Virus record (IMG/VR): IMGVR_UViG_3300029288_000129
Span: 25,810 to 89,809 of that record
DNA from: a virus
Taxonomy: Duplodnaviria; Caudoviricetes
Reading direction: 5' to 3' (one strand)
DNA: 64,000 bases
The translations under genes and the position numbers were made by a program. A model generated the notes under the pieces. That model saw only the letters and a list, made by a program, of their open reading frames with translations, ran no database searches and was not told the DNA's origin. Below, piece by piece: positions 37,364 to 45,836 of the stretch. Position 1 is the stretch's first letter. Each line of letters opens with the position of its first letter.

Positions 37364-37836
37364 AAGAAATCGTCCGCCAACATCTGGAGCGCGAGGGCTA
37401 CGACGGGCTGTTCAATGAGGCCGGTGAGTGCGCCTGTCTCCGCGACGACCTTGCCCCGTGTAACTGCATGACGGAACAATGCGAGGCCGGATATCGCGTG
37501 GACTGTGCGGACACCGAGTGTGAGTTTGCGAACGAAGGCGGGCATTGGCACATGGTAGACGAGAAGCCGGTGCCGCCATCCGGGTTCATCGTGGGCGAGA
37601 GGTATGTTTTTGTGCGCGAGGAACCGGCGCGTTTTGAAGCGGGGCATGGATTTCCTTGGGGGTCGCAACATCGAGATAACGAAGTACCAACCCATTATTT
37701 TGAAATCCGCAAGGGCGATATCGGAGTATTGATAAGGGTGGCTGACGATGCGCTACAGATGCGTTTTGACGATACCGAGTATCTGTTGCCGATCAGCCTG
37801 TATGCCAACTGTTTTAAGACAAAGGAGAAAAACTGA
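37351..37836 (+). CDS. Hypothetical protein, Cys-rich N-terminus
   Basis: EGYDGLFNEAGECACLRDDLAPCNC; RBS GGGAGG. Confidence 0.7.
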   Translation: MRTVKEIVRQHLEREGYDGLFNEAGECACLRDDLAPCNCMTEQCEAGYRVDCADTECEFANEGGHWHMVDEKPVPPSGFIVGERYVFVREEPARFEAGHGFPWGSQHRDNEVPTHYFEIRKGDIGVLIRVADDALQMRFDDTEYLLPISLYANCFKTKEKN

Positions 37837-38015
37837 TGGACGAACTAAAAAAGATGAGAAACAGGCTGATTTTTCGGTGCATCATGTTTGCGCTTGGGGT
37901 TGCGTTGCAAGTCGCGGGCTTCGTATTGTTGTGGCGGCACGATTCGATGGTTGCTTTAGGTGTCGGGATTTTTCTCTGGGGATACGGATGGTCGCGACGA
38001 GCGGGAGAAAAATAA
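37836..38015 (+). CDS. Small membrane protein (59 aa)
   Basis: Not in the track. MDELKKMRNRLIFRCIMFALGVALQVAGFVLLWRHDSMVALGVGIFLWGYGWS; one-base overlaps on both sides. Confidence 0.6.
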   Translation: MDELKKMRNRLIFRCIMFALGVALQVAGFVLLWRHDSMVALGVGIFLWGYGWSRRAGEK

Positions 38016-38758
38016 TGCCGACCAAGATCGATTGGTGTGACGAAACGCTGGGCGCGGTGTGGGGCTGCACCCATGCCTGCCCCTACTGCTACGGTCACAG
38101 CATCGCTCGCCGCTTCGCCGCGCCTATCGCGGCAAAGGAGGCTAAGTATCGGGGTTTGCCGCCGGGTTCGATTTTCGAGACTCTGTTGGCCAATAACCTA
38201 CGCCGATTTCTCCCCGTTTTCTTAGAGTCCAACCTTCACCGAAAGTTTCCCAAAAAGACTTTCCGCATCTTCGTCAACAGCATGAGCGATATCGCGGATT
38301 GGAGGCCCGAGTGGATCGACGCGGTGGCGAATCGTATCGCCAATGACCCGGACCGATACTATCTGTTCCTCACCAAGCGTCCGCAGGTGTATCAGGATAA
38401 CTTCTCGCCGTTCGGCATGAAGAACATCCTGCGCGGCATGACGATCACCGGAGTCAACGGGAGCGATTTTTCCTATAACCGTGGCACCGCACCACTTGCC
38501 TTTGTCCAGTTCGTCAGCATTGAGCCGCTACTTGGCGATGGCGCGCCGAAGGTGCTGCACCTGTTCCCCAACCTTCGGTGGATCATAGTGGGTGCCGAGA
38601 CCGGGAACCGTAGGGGCAAGGTGATCCCCCGCACCGAATGGATACGCGACATCGTGGCCTATGCCGAGTCAAAGAACATCCCGATCTTTATGAAGGAATC
38701 GTTGCGCACCTACTGCGACGGGAAGAACCTAGATTTCATCCAACGGCACTGCGTCTGA
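38015..38758 (+). CDS. DUF5131 / Gp37-Gp68 family radical-SAM-like protein
   Basis: MPTKIDWCD...GCTHACPYCY, IFVNSMSD, FLTKRP, SIEPLL, WIIVGAETG, IPIFMK. Confidence 0.88.
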   Translation: MPTKIDWCDETLGAVWGCTHACPYCYGHSIARRFAAPIAAKEAKYRGLPPGSIFETLLANNLRRFLPVFLESNLHRKFPKKTFRIFVNSMSDIADWRPEWIDAVANRIANDPDRYYLFLTKRPQVYQDNFSPFGMKNILRGMTITGVNGSDFSYNRGTAPLAFVQFVSIEPLLGDGAPKVLHLFPNLRWIIVGAETGNRRGKVIPRTEWIRDIVAYAESKNIPIFMKESLRTYCDGKNLDFIQRHCV

Positions 38759-38777
38759 AACTTTCTTAAAACTTTTC

Positions 38778-38806
38778 TTGACAAATTCTTCGCAATAGTT
38801 AATACT
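38778..38806 (+). promoter_or_regulatory. Probable rightward promoter with TTCGCAA in the spacer
   Basis: TTGACAAATTCTTCGCAATAGTTAATACT; perfect -35, imperfect -10. Confidence 0.55.
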
Positions 38807-38848
38807 CGTATTGCGCCCCACGGTGGGGTGTCTTGGAGGAAATTTGTC

Positions 38849-39769
38849 ATGGCAATCGAAGGAAAAGGCATTTTGGGTAGAGGAAACATCTATCGCGTCG
38901 ATCCCCGCGAGATACGGGTCATCGGCGGATGGAACCCGCGTACCGATTTCACCGGAGAAGAAGAGTTGATGAACAGTATCGTGCAGAACGGCGTGATCGA
39001 GCCGCTGCTGGTACGCAAGGCCGGAGACGGTATCGTTCTGGTCGATGGTGAGCGGAGGCTTCGCGCCACGATGAAAGCCATCGGGGCGGGGAACAATATC
39101 GTCAGCGTTCCCGCTCTGTTTCTGGACAAGAACATCAACGACATCGAGGCCCTGTTCTACACCTTTATCGCCAACGACGGGAAGCGTCTGGAGCCTATCG
39201 AAGAGGCCGAAGCGTTTCGTCGCTTCAAGGCATGGGGGCTCTCGGCCCGAGAGATCGGGGAGCGTATCGGACGCAGCGAGGTCTTTGTGACTCGTCGCCT
39301 CGAACTGATTCAAGCGGCTCCGGCGGTGAAGGAACAACTTCGGGCGAAGAAGATCGGTGTCAACGAGGCCCGCAAAATCGTCAAGAAAAGCGGCGGCGAT
39401 GTGGAGCGGCAGCGGACCGAACTCGACAAGGCCCGGAAGGAAAAGGACGAGAAGCCGGAGGGCCGTGGCCGTCTGCCCATGGCGATAGAGCAGGGCAAGA
39501 AGGTGGTGGAACGCCTCGTGGCGGAAAAGAAGGCAGTGTTCGCCATGTTCGATTCCGTGGTGATCTCGGGGGACGGCAAGGTGCTGTTTATGGTCTATCA
39601 CGAGAAGCGACACGAGAAGGCGATCAAGCATCTGGAGGCGAACAAGCACACCAACATTATCGAAGCGGTGATGCCGATGAGCCGTGACGAGTTCGAGAAA
39701 CATGTGGTGGCCAACGCGGAGAAATCGGGTGTCAACATCGTGGTATTCACGGTGGGAGACGGACGATGA
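38849..39769 (+). CDS. ParB/Srx-like protein with HTH
   Basis: WNPR, NSIVQNGVIEPLLV, LVDGERRLRA, AREIGERIGRSEVFVTRRLEL. Confidence 0.85.
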   Translation: MAIEGKGILGRGNIYRVDPREIRVIGGWNPRTDFTGEEELMNSIVQNGVIEPLLVRKAGDGIVLVDGERRLRATMKAIGAGNNIVSVPALFLDKNINDIEALFYTFIANDGKRLEPIEEAEAFRRFKAWGLSAREIGERIGRSEVFVTRRLELIQAAPAVKEQLRAKKIGVNEARKIVKKSGGDVERQRTELDKARKEKDEKPEGRGRLPMAIEQGKKVVERLVAEKKAVFAMFDSVVISGDGKVLFMVYHEKRHEKAIKHLEANKHTNIIEAVMPMSRDEFEKHVVANAEKSGVNIVVFTVGDGR

Positions 39770-40122
39770 TAACCCGCACGCAACGCGCCATGATCGCGCT
39801 GATCATTTGCGCCAGAATACCCAAATACTTTTCGGCCATTATGCAGATACTCCGGATGGGGGAGTTTTGGAATAGCGAAAGACCTTTTGTTCCCAGACAG
39901 GAAAGGGCCGAGGCGATAGATTATGTTTCCAACCAAGCATTGGTCCCGTTGCTGCGCGACATAAAAGCGATGCTGGATATTCCTATGGTCGCCGAGTTTC
40001 TGAAATACCCCGAGGAAAGCCCCGTTGCCATGATGGAGCGGCAAAAACTGGCGGAATACGCTTTTCAGAGACTCGAAAAGATCGAAGAACCTAACACCAA
40101 GGAGAATAAGGATGGAAAATAA
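39766..40122 (+). CDS. Hypothetical protein
   Basis: 118 aa. Confidence 0.55.
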   Translation: MITRTQRAMIALIICARIPKYFSAIMQILRMGEFWNSERPFVPRQERAEAIDYVSNQALVPLLRDIKAMLDIPMVAEFLKYPEESPVAMMERQKLAEYAFQRLEKIEEPNTKENKDGK

Positions 40123-41458
40123 ACGCTACCGCATCTTATCGCTGATGATCACCAATGCCCGCACCATCGAGGTGGTCGATATCACGCCTCGTGACGATGT
40201 TGTTGTCATAGAGGGGCCGAACGGGCAGGGCAAGACGACGGTTCTTCAAATGCTGGAATCCGCGTTCAAGTCGGATACTGACGACAAGATCGTGCGTGAC
40301 GGCGAGGAAACGGCCCAGAGCATCGTCAACCTTGGCGACTACACGATTCGGCGCACCATCAAGAAGGGGAAGCCCCCGACCATCGAGGTGCGGCGTGTCA
40401 GCGACGGGAAAAAGGCCGAGATGTCGGCAACCGAGTTCATTACCGATATTACCGGCAAGGTGAAGAAGCGGCCCATCGCGCTCGACATCGCCAGCATCAT
40501 CGACATGGACCCAAAGGAACGGCTCTCGACCCTTATGGAAATAGCCGGTATCGACGCGGGAAAGGTGGCCGAACTGGATGAGCGGTACAAGACGCTGTTT
40601 GAGACGCGGCGCGACGAGAAGAAAGATTTGGCGCGGCTCGAAACCGGCATGAACACGCTACAGGCCCACGCGGTCCCGGTTGCGGAGCCGCCGAGCACCG
40701 CCGATCTGGCGAAGCGGCAAAAAGAGATATCGGATAGCCTCGCCGCTATCGGGCGGATCGCTGACGAGAAGAAAAGAGAGGACGAGAAGATCGTTGCCGA
40801 GGATGCCGAGATAAAGCGGCTTGAAGGTCTTATCGCTGAGGCAAGAAAGCGGCGCGATATTGCCGACAAGAAAAGCGCGGAACTCGGCAAGCATCTCGTC
40901 AACAGCAACGAGGTGCCGCTACGCAAGGAAGCCGAGACTATCGCAGCGGAGATCAACGGTGTGGACGAGAAGCGCACCGCCTACACCAAGCACACGGAGT
41001 ATCAGGCTGCGAAGAAAGCATGGGCGGACCAAAACGCTACGCTGACCCGTACCGAGAAGTCGCTGCAATCGGTGGTGGACGAAAAGAAGGCGGTACTCGC
41101 GGCTGGGAAGTACCCGATCCCGCACCTCTCGGTTGACGATGGCGAGATATATTTCAAGGAGAAGCATTGGAGCCAACTCTGCGAGTCCGAGAAGTTGAAG
41201 GTTGCTCTGGGCATCGCGCAGGGCCTCGACCCGAAACTCCGCGTTCTCGTGGTGCGGAACGGCAACGCTTTCGATCCCGAGTCGATGCGAAAGGTCAGGG
41301 CATGGGCCAAAGAGAACGATTTCCAGATATGGATGGAGCGCGTTTCATCGGTGCCGCATCTGGGCGGATCCGTGTTTCTTGTCGAGGGCAAGCCTCTTTC
41401 CGAGGAGGAGAAAAAGGAACTGATCGAACAGAAAAAGGAGAATGGCGATGACGAGTGA
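40112..41458 (+). CDS. SMC/Rad50/RecF-like coiled-coil ATPase
   Basis: Walker A EGPNGQGKTT, short coiled coil, C-terminal WSQLCESEK...LVVRNGNAFD...FQIWMERV. Confidence 0.8.
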   Translation: MENKRYRILSLMITNARTIEVVDITPRDDVVVIEGPNGQGKTTVLQMLESAFKSDTDDKIVRDGEETAQSIVNLGDYTIRRTIKKGKPPTIEVRRVSDGKKAEMSATEFITDITGKVKKRPIALDIASIIDMDPKERLSTLMEIAGIDAGKVAELDERYKTLFETRRDEKKDLARLETGMNTLQAHAVPVAEPPSTADLAKRQKEISDSLAAIGRIADEKKREDEKIVAEDAEIKRLEGLIAEARKRRDIADKKSAELGKHLVNSNEVPLRKEAETIAAEINGVDEKRTAYTKHTEYQAAKKAWADQNATLTRTEKSLQSVVDEKKAVLAAGKYPIPHLSVDDGEIYFKEKHWSQLCESEKLKVALGIAQGLDPKLRVLVVRNGNAFDPESMRKVRAWAKENDFQIWMERVSSVPHLGGSVFLVEGKPLSEEEKKELIEQKKENGDDE

Positions 41459-41693
41459 AAAGATCATGTATATATTCGGCAGCGTGGGCGAGCGGGGGGT
41501 ACGGCACAGCATCTTTGCGCGGGACAAAAAGATTTATTATAGGGTCCGCGCCAGCGATGGAACCATTGTTTCGGAGACCGCCGTGTCGCCTGAGGAGGCG
41601 AATCGCATCAAGAAGGTACTGGGGACGCGGGACGAGGACAAATCTCCGGTCAGAGACGAAAAGCGAGATCGTCTGGCAGCGGCCCGATCCTAA
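41442..41693 (+). CDS. Hypothetical protein
   Basis: About 83 aa, overlapping start. Confidence 0.5.
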   Translation: MAMTSEKIMYIFGSVGERGVRHSIFARDKKIYYRVRASDGTIVSETAVSPEEANRIKKVLGTRDEDKSPVRDEKRDRLAAARS

Positions 41694-41812
41694 AAACTTG
41701 CCTTTTGCTTTTCTTTTCGCAAAATACGATTGTTCGTTGTTCGGATTTCTTGTGGTCCGGGGCCGTCTTGTAGTGGTTGGGGCGGCCCCTTGTTCTTTCA
41801 CAACCGAGAAGT

Positions 41813-42225
41813 GGGGATGAGTGGTTTCGAGGTTTTGCGTAGTTTTGTCACCGCAATTCGAGGTCGCCGCTGGCCTCGTAAAACTGCGGCACCAAAGAAA
41901 TGCGAAAGCCTATGCTTTCCTGAAGAACCTGTTTGCCAACCTTGTCGATGCGTTTGTTCCGCAGGCTAACCCCTGTATGGCGTGATCGACTGACAACAGC
42001 CTTCAAACCACCTCAGCGGCGCGGTTTCCTGTCTTGCCGCTGCGGAACAACAGGATAGGCCACAAGGGTCTCTTGGCGAACCTTTGTGATCCGAAACATG
42101 AATCACCAAGACCAGCAGGAAAGTTCTGCCCGTTGAATGCTCTTGCTGTACCGTAACGGGAATAATTGTATCGGTGGCCCGACGAAACAGGATCGACCCG
42201 GGTTCGACTCCCGGCATCTCCACCA
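41813..42225 (+). ncRNA. ssrA: tmRNA
   Basis: 5' GGGGATG pairs with CATCTCC-ACCA 3' (G3.U70 alanine determinant); T-arm CCGGGTTCGACTCCCGG; pk1 CGAGGTC-GCCGC-T-GGCCTCG-TAAAACT-GCGGC; tag ORF 41902-41985. Confidence 0.93.
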
Positions 42226-42246
42226 TTTTTTGACACAGAGGGATTT

Positions 42247-42693
42247 ATGACCGATATATCAAAACCGGAATTTCAAATAACGCCGGACCTTTCCGACAAA
42301 CTGGTGCGACTCCATATCGTGCTGGGGAAAGCCACCGAAAAATGCGACCCGAGGACGGTGCCCCAAGACATACTTGACATCGAAACTGCGGTCGCAAAAT
42401 GCTCGGTGGTGCGCCAGTATTTTTTAGGCGACGAGAACGGCGCGGACGAAAAAAACCGGTCGTGGGAAAAGGTTGTGCCGCGTCACGACCTACCGGTTGC
42501 CACTCCGTATCGCAGACGGTTTTGGGGCATACTACATAGCGCGGAAGAGATCGATGCGTTGCCGGTGAGCATGCACACAAAGGTGTCTCTGCTCGGCGCA
42601 CAGGTGCGGTTCGTAAAACTGTTGCGTCGATTCCGCTTTGTGGCCGCATACAAACTGTACACGGTGGTGATTCGTCCATGGTTCAAATCATAA
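42247..42693 (+). CDS. Hypothetical protein
   Basis: ATG 42247 after GAGG; overlaps the terminase start. Confidence 0.55.
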   Translation: MTDISKPEFQITPDLSDKLVRLHIVLGKATEKCDPRTVPQDILDIETAVAKCSVVRQYFLGDENGADEKNRSWEKVVPRHDLPVATPYRRRFWGILHSAEEIDALPVSMHTKVSLLGAQVRFVKLLRRFRFVAAYKLYTVVIRPWFKS

Positions 42694-45197
42694 AGCCGCC
42701 GCCCCTCATTATCCGCGACAGCCGGTTACGCGACATAACCGACATCTTGCTGACACAGGCCCTCTCCCCCCAAGATTTTGATGCGATGTCAAAGGTTCTG
42801 TGCGATGGGATATATGACCGCGAACATCCGGATATAGAAAGGTTTCTTTTCGACAAGGAGCGTTTCTTGGGTCTTTCGAGGTCCGATGTGTATCCCAATG
42901 TTCTCAAGATTCTGAAGGTGATTACCGAGAACCCGGACATCAATGTGGTTAAAATGCTGGTGGGATCCGGCGGCGGGAAGTCGTATCTCGTCTCTTTGAT
43001 TCTGGCCTACAAGATCGACGAATTCGTGTCATTTGTGAATCCGCAACAAAAGTTCGGGCTGTCATCGGGAACATCCGTTGCTATAATGAACCTCAGTGTC
43101 AACGCGGGACAGGCCCTCAATGTTATCTTCAAGAACTCGAAGACTTGGGTGAGCCGCGTTAAGAGTTTTCAAAACCTCAATAAAAAACTCATCGTGCGTC
43201 GCGACGAGATCGCGGAACGGTACAACGAGTCGAAGTATATGGTCGGAACGGATCCCAACATAGTACCGGAACCGTACCGCGAGGCACGCGCCGAAATAGA
43301 GTTCCCGCAGAAAAACCTCCTGTTTATTGCCGGTCACTCGAAAGCGGCTTCCTTTTTCGGCTACAGCGTCTTCGCGGGGACCATTGATGAGGCGGACCAT
43401 ATCGAGCGGGAAACGAAGTTTCGGCGTAAAACCGCTATTGAACAGGAGACCACCTATACCGAAGAACTCTTTGGCGGTATCAGAAAGGCAATCTTCTCTC
43501 GTTTTAAGCAACATGGACTTCTGCTGCTGATCTCAACGCCACTGGCCAAGTCATCGTTTCTGACCAGCCGCGTCATGGCGGACCAGATCGATGGGCAGGA
43601 GATCAGCCTCGACGACTGCCACCTCATTCTTGAGGAAGAGAAGTTGCCGGACGAGCGGCCCCGATGCTACTACAAGAAATCGAAGGAATCGGGTATTGAC
43701 GGATACGAGATCAGCATTGTCGCACCGACATGGGTGATGACCGGCGAGAAGCGCGACAAATATATCAAGAGTGAAAACGATGTGAAGGCGAAGCGTGACT
43801 TCGGCTGTGAACCGCCGGATGCCGCGAGCGGAGCCATGCCTGACCCCGACATCATTGCGCAGAATGCCAATCTGAACCGGGCAAACCCGTGGGACGAGCA
43901 ACGCAACACCATCGACTTTGCAAACCTTCCGCTTGACCCGAGAGCGATCTACTACTTTCACGCCGATCTTGCGTTGACCGGCGACAATGTGGGGCTGGCA
44001 CTGGCGCACTACAATCACACAACGGGCCGGTACACCATCGATCTATACGGCAACATATTCACATCGCCGCAGAAGCCGCTTGACTTCAATTTGCCGGAAA
44101 ACATTCTACTTTCGCTGGTGCAACGCGGGTTCCGTATCGGACAAGCGACCTTTGACGGCTGGCAAAGCGTGGCGTTGATACAGCGGCTAAATGCGTTGGG
44201 CATAAACGCGGGAATGCTGTCGGCCGACAAGAGCAAGGGCCCATACGATACGCTGATAGGTCTGCATCTTCAAAACATGATCGATTACCCGCCGCATCCG
44301 CAGTACGAGAAGGAGATGCGCTACCTCGAAGACATGGGAGACAAGTATGATCACCCCTCGAAGTTTCCGTCAGGCGAGATCGGATCTAAAGACATTGCTG
44401 ACGCAGCGGCGTGCTCCATCTATAATTGCACCCTGAACATGACGGGCCTTCTGATACCGTCCGATGATATGCAACGGGCCATAGAGGGTGTCCCGGATGT
44501 AAATAGTATCGTCGTGGTAGGCGACAAGGAAATGCCGATATGCACCATCACTGACGACTATGAGTTCGTGTGGTCGTTTCCCAACAAGATGCCGCCTCTC
44601 CACAATCGCTCCGCGTATATTGACGCGGTAGGGGACGATGTATTGCTGGTCATCGGGTATCGGCAGGTGTCTATCTTCATCGTTGATTTCATCGATGTGT
44701 TCGAGGCGACGGACCCCGACATGGTGCCGGTCGTGATGGCGAACCTGCGGGGGATGCGTTGCGGATTTGTTGCCTCGGCTCCCACCGCGCCGTGGACCGT
44801 GATCGATGCGGTGCGTCGAACCAATATGAAGCATATCAGCGCGGACGCGGCGGTGTCTGAAAAGAGTCGGCAGAAACATGTCCGGGCCGTTCGCTCCATC
44901 ACCTTCCAGCATCTTGAGGTGATGATTCAGGCGATACGAACCGGCACTCTCCGATTCTGCAACGAGCCTCGTCTTGTTCGCGAACTCTACGAGATCACGG
45001 AAAGCAACTACGACACGAAACCTTTCGCTATGGCTCTGGCAGGATGGCTCCACTATAACCAGCAGGAGCAACGGGGCCTGTCTCACATGCAGATGCCCAA
45101 GGCGGTGCTTAGCGGTACGGGGCAGAAGGCTCCGCGTCAAGCCACCGTTGCGAGCGGGGAAAAGAAGATGCCAAAATCGGTGTTTACTCGCCGCTGA
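42678..45197 (+). CDS. terL: Terminase large subunit with C-terminal extension
   Basis: Walker A LVGSGGGKS, Walker B GTIDEAD, motif III LLISTP, nuclease HADLALTGD...TFDGWQS...SKDIADA. Confidence 0.9.
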   Translation: MVQIIKPPPLIIRDSRLRDITDILLTQALSPQDFDAMSKVLCDGIYDREHPDIERFLFDKERFLGLSRSDVYPNVLKILKVITENPDINVVKMLVGSGGGKSYLVSLILAYKIDEFVSFVNPQQKFGLSSGTSVAIMNLSVNAGQALNVIFKNSKTWVSRVKSFQNLNKKLIVRRDEIAERYNESKYMVGTDPNIVPEPYREARAEIEFPQKNLLFIAGHSKAASFFGYSVFAGTIDEADHIERETKFRRKTAIEQETTYTEELFGGIRKAIFSRFKQHGLLLLISTPLAKSSFLTSRVMADQIDGQEISLDDCHLILEEEKLPDERPRCYYKKSKESGIDGYEISIVAPTWVMTGEKRDKYIKSENDVKAKRDFGCEPPDAASGAMPDPDIIAQNANLNRANPWDEQRNTIDFANLPLDPRAIYYFHADLALTGDNVGLALAHYNHTTGRYTIDLYGNIFTSPQKPLDFNLPENILLSLVQRGFRIGQATFDGWQSVALIQRLNALGINAGMLSADKSKGPYDTLIGLHLQNMIDYPPHPQYEKEMRYLEDMGDKYDHPSKFPSGEIGSKDIADAAACSIYNCTLNMTGLLIPSDDMQRAIEGVPDVNSIVVVGDKEMPICTITDDYEFVWSFPNKMPPLHNRSAYIDAVGDDVLLVIGYRQVSIFIVDFIDVFEATDPDMVPVVMANLRGMRCGFVASAPTAPWTVIDAVRRTNMKHISADAAVSEKSRQKHVRAVRSITFQHLEVMIQAIRTGTLRFCNEPRLVRELYEITESNYDTKPFAMALAGWLHYNQQEQRGLSHMQMPKAVLSGTGQKAPRQATVASGEKKMPKSVFTRR

Positions 45198-45836
45198 TCA
45201 TATCGCGAACGGATCGGGGTTGCCCAAGATTCGGTCCACTTCCGCCAGATTTTTGTTGTCTTGTGACCGCGCCATGGATTTGAGCCTATTTATCTGCTCG
45301 TCAACCAATACTCCGTTGAAACTGAAGTTATAGTTGAGCATGTACGGGTTGTTTGCGTCCTGTGAATACGCGGGAGGCGTGAGATCGCCTTTCAGGACCG
45401 GATAAATGTTGCCACTTGATATTTGCGCCACGATGCCATAGAAGCCGATGTAGAAGGGATATTTGGCGTTGTTACGCACAAAATCGCTGAATTCGGAAAA
45501 CCATACCCATCCGGGGCTTTCCTGCAACGCGGAGAAGTTTTCGACATCGAACTGTGCCGCATCGTAGGTTTCGGTCTTGTCTCCGAACCCTTCAAAGAAT
45601 ATGGGCATTTTCCCGGCAAAGTTCAGCGTTATCAGTCCTCGCCCAAAACCGATCTTTACATATCCGTTTTGTGTCCGTTCCAGTTTAGAGAGGTTTTGCT
45701 GACCCACCTGCATGGATTCCGGGTTGATGTAAAAGGTAAGATTTCTCCCCTTGATAAATCGCGCCTCGACAAGTTCGGCAGGATTCGGGTTGGCAGTCGC
45801 GATTTCGACCGCGTTGCGAGGATTGATTTTTTTCAT
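45198..45836 (-). CDS. Probable baseplate hub/tail-tube initiator-type protein
   Basis: LTFYINPESMQV...GYVKIGFGRG.ITLNFAG...YNFSFNG; directly downstream of the tape measure gene. Confidence 0.5.
   Translation of the reverse strand: MKKINPRNAVEIATANPNPAELVEARFIKGRNLTFYINPESMQVGQQNLSKLERTQNGYVKIGFGRGLITLNFAGKMPIFFEGFGDKTETYDAAQFDVENFSALQESPGWVWFSEFSDFVRNNAKYPFYIGFYGIVAQISSGNIYPVLKGDLTPPAYSQDANNPYMLNYNFSFNGVLVDEQINRLKSMARSQDNKNLAEVDRILGNPDPFAI

Noticed and set aside
42190-42225. Independent tRNA gene
   Set aside because: The T-arm and CCA pair with the 5' end 400 nt upstream and there is no anticodon arm, so this is the tmRNA. No tRNA was seen elsewhere.
41966-42236. Minus-strand ORFs MVEMPGVEPGS and MSKNGGDAGS
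   Set aside because: They are antisense readings of the tmRNA 3' end.
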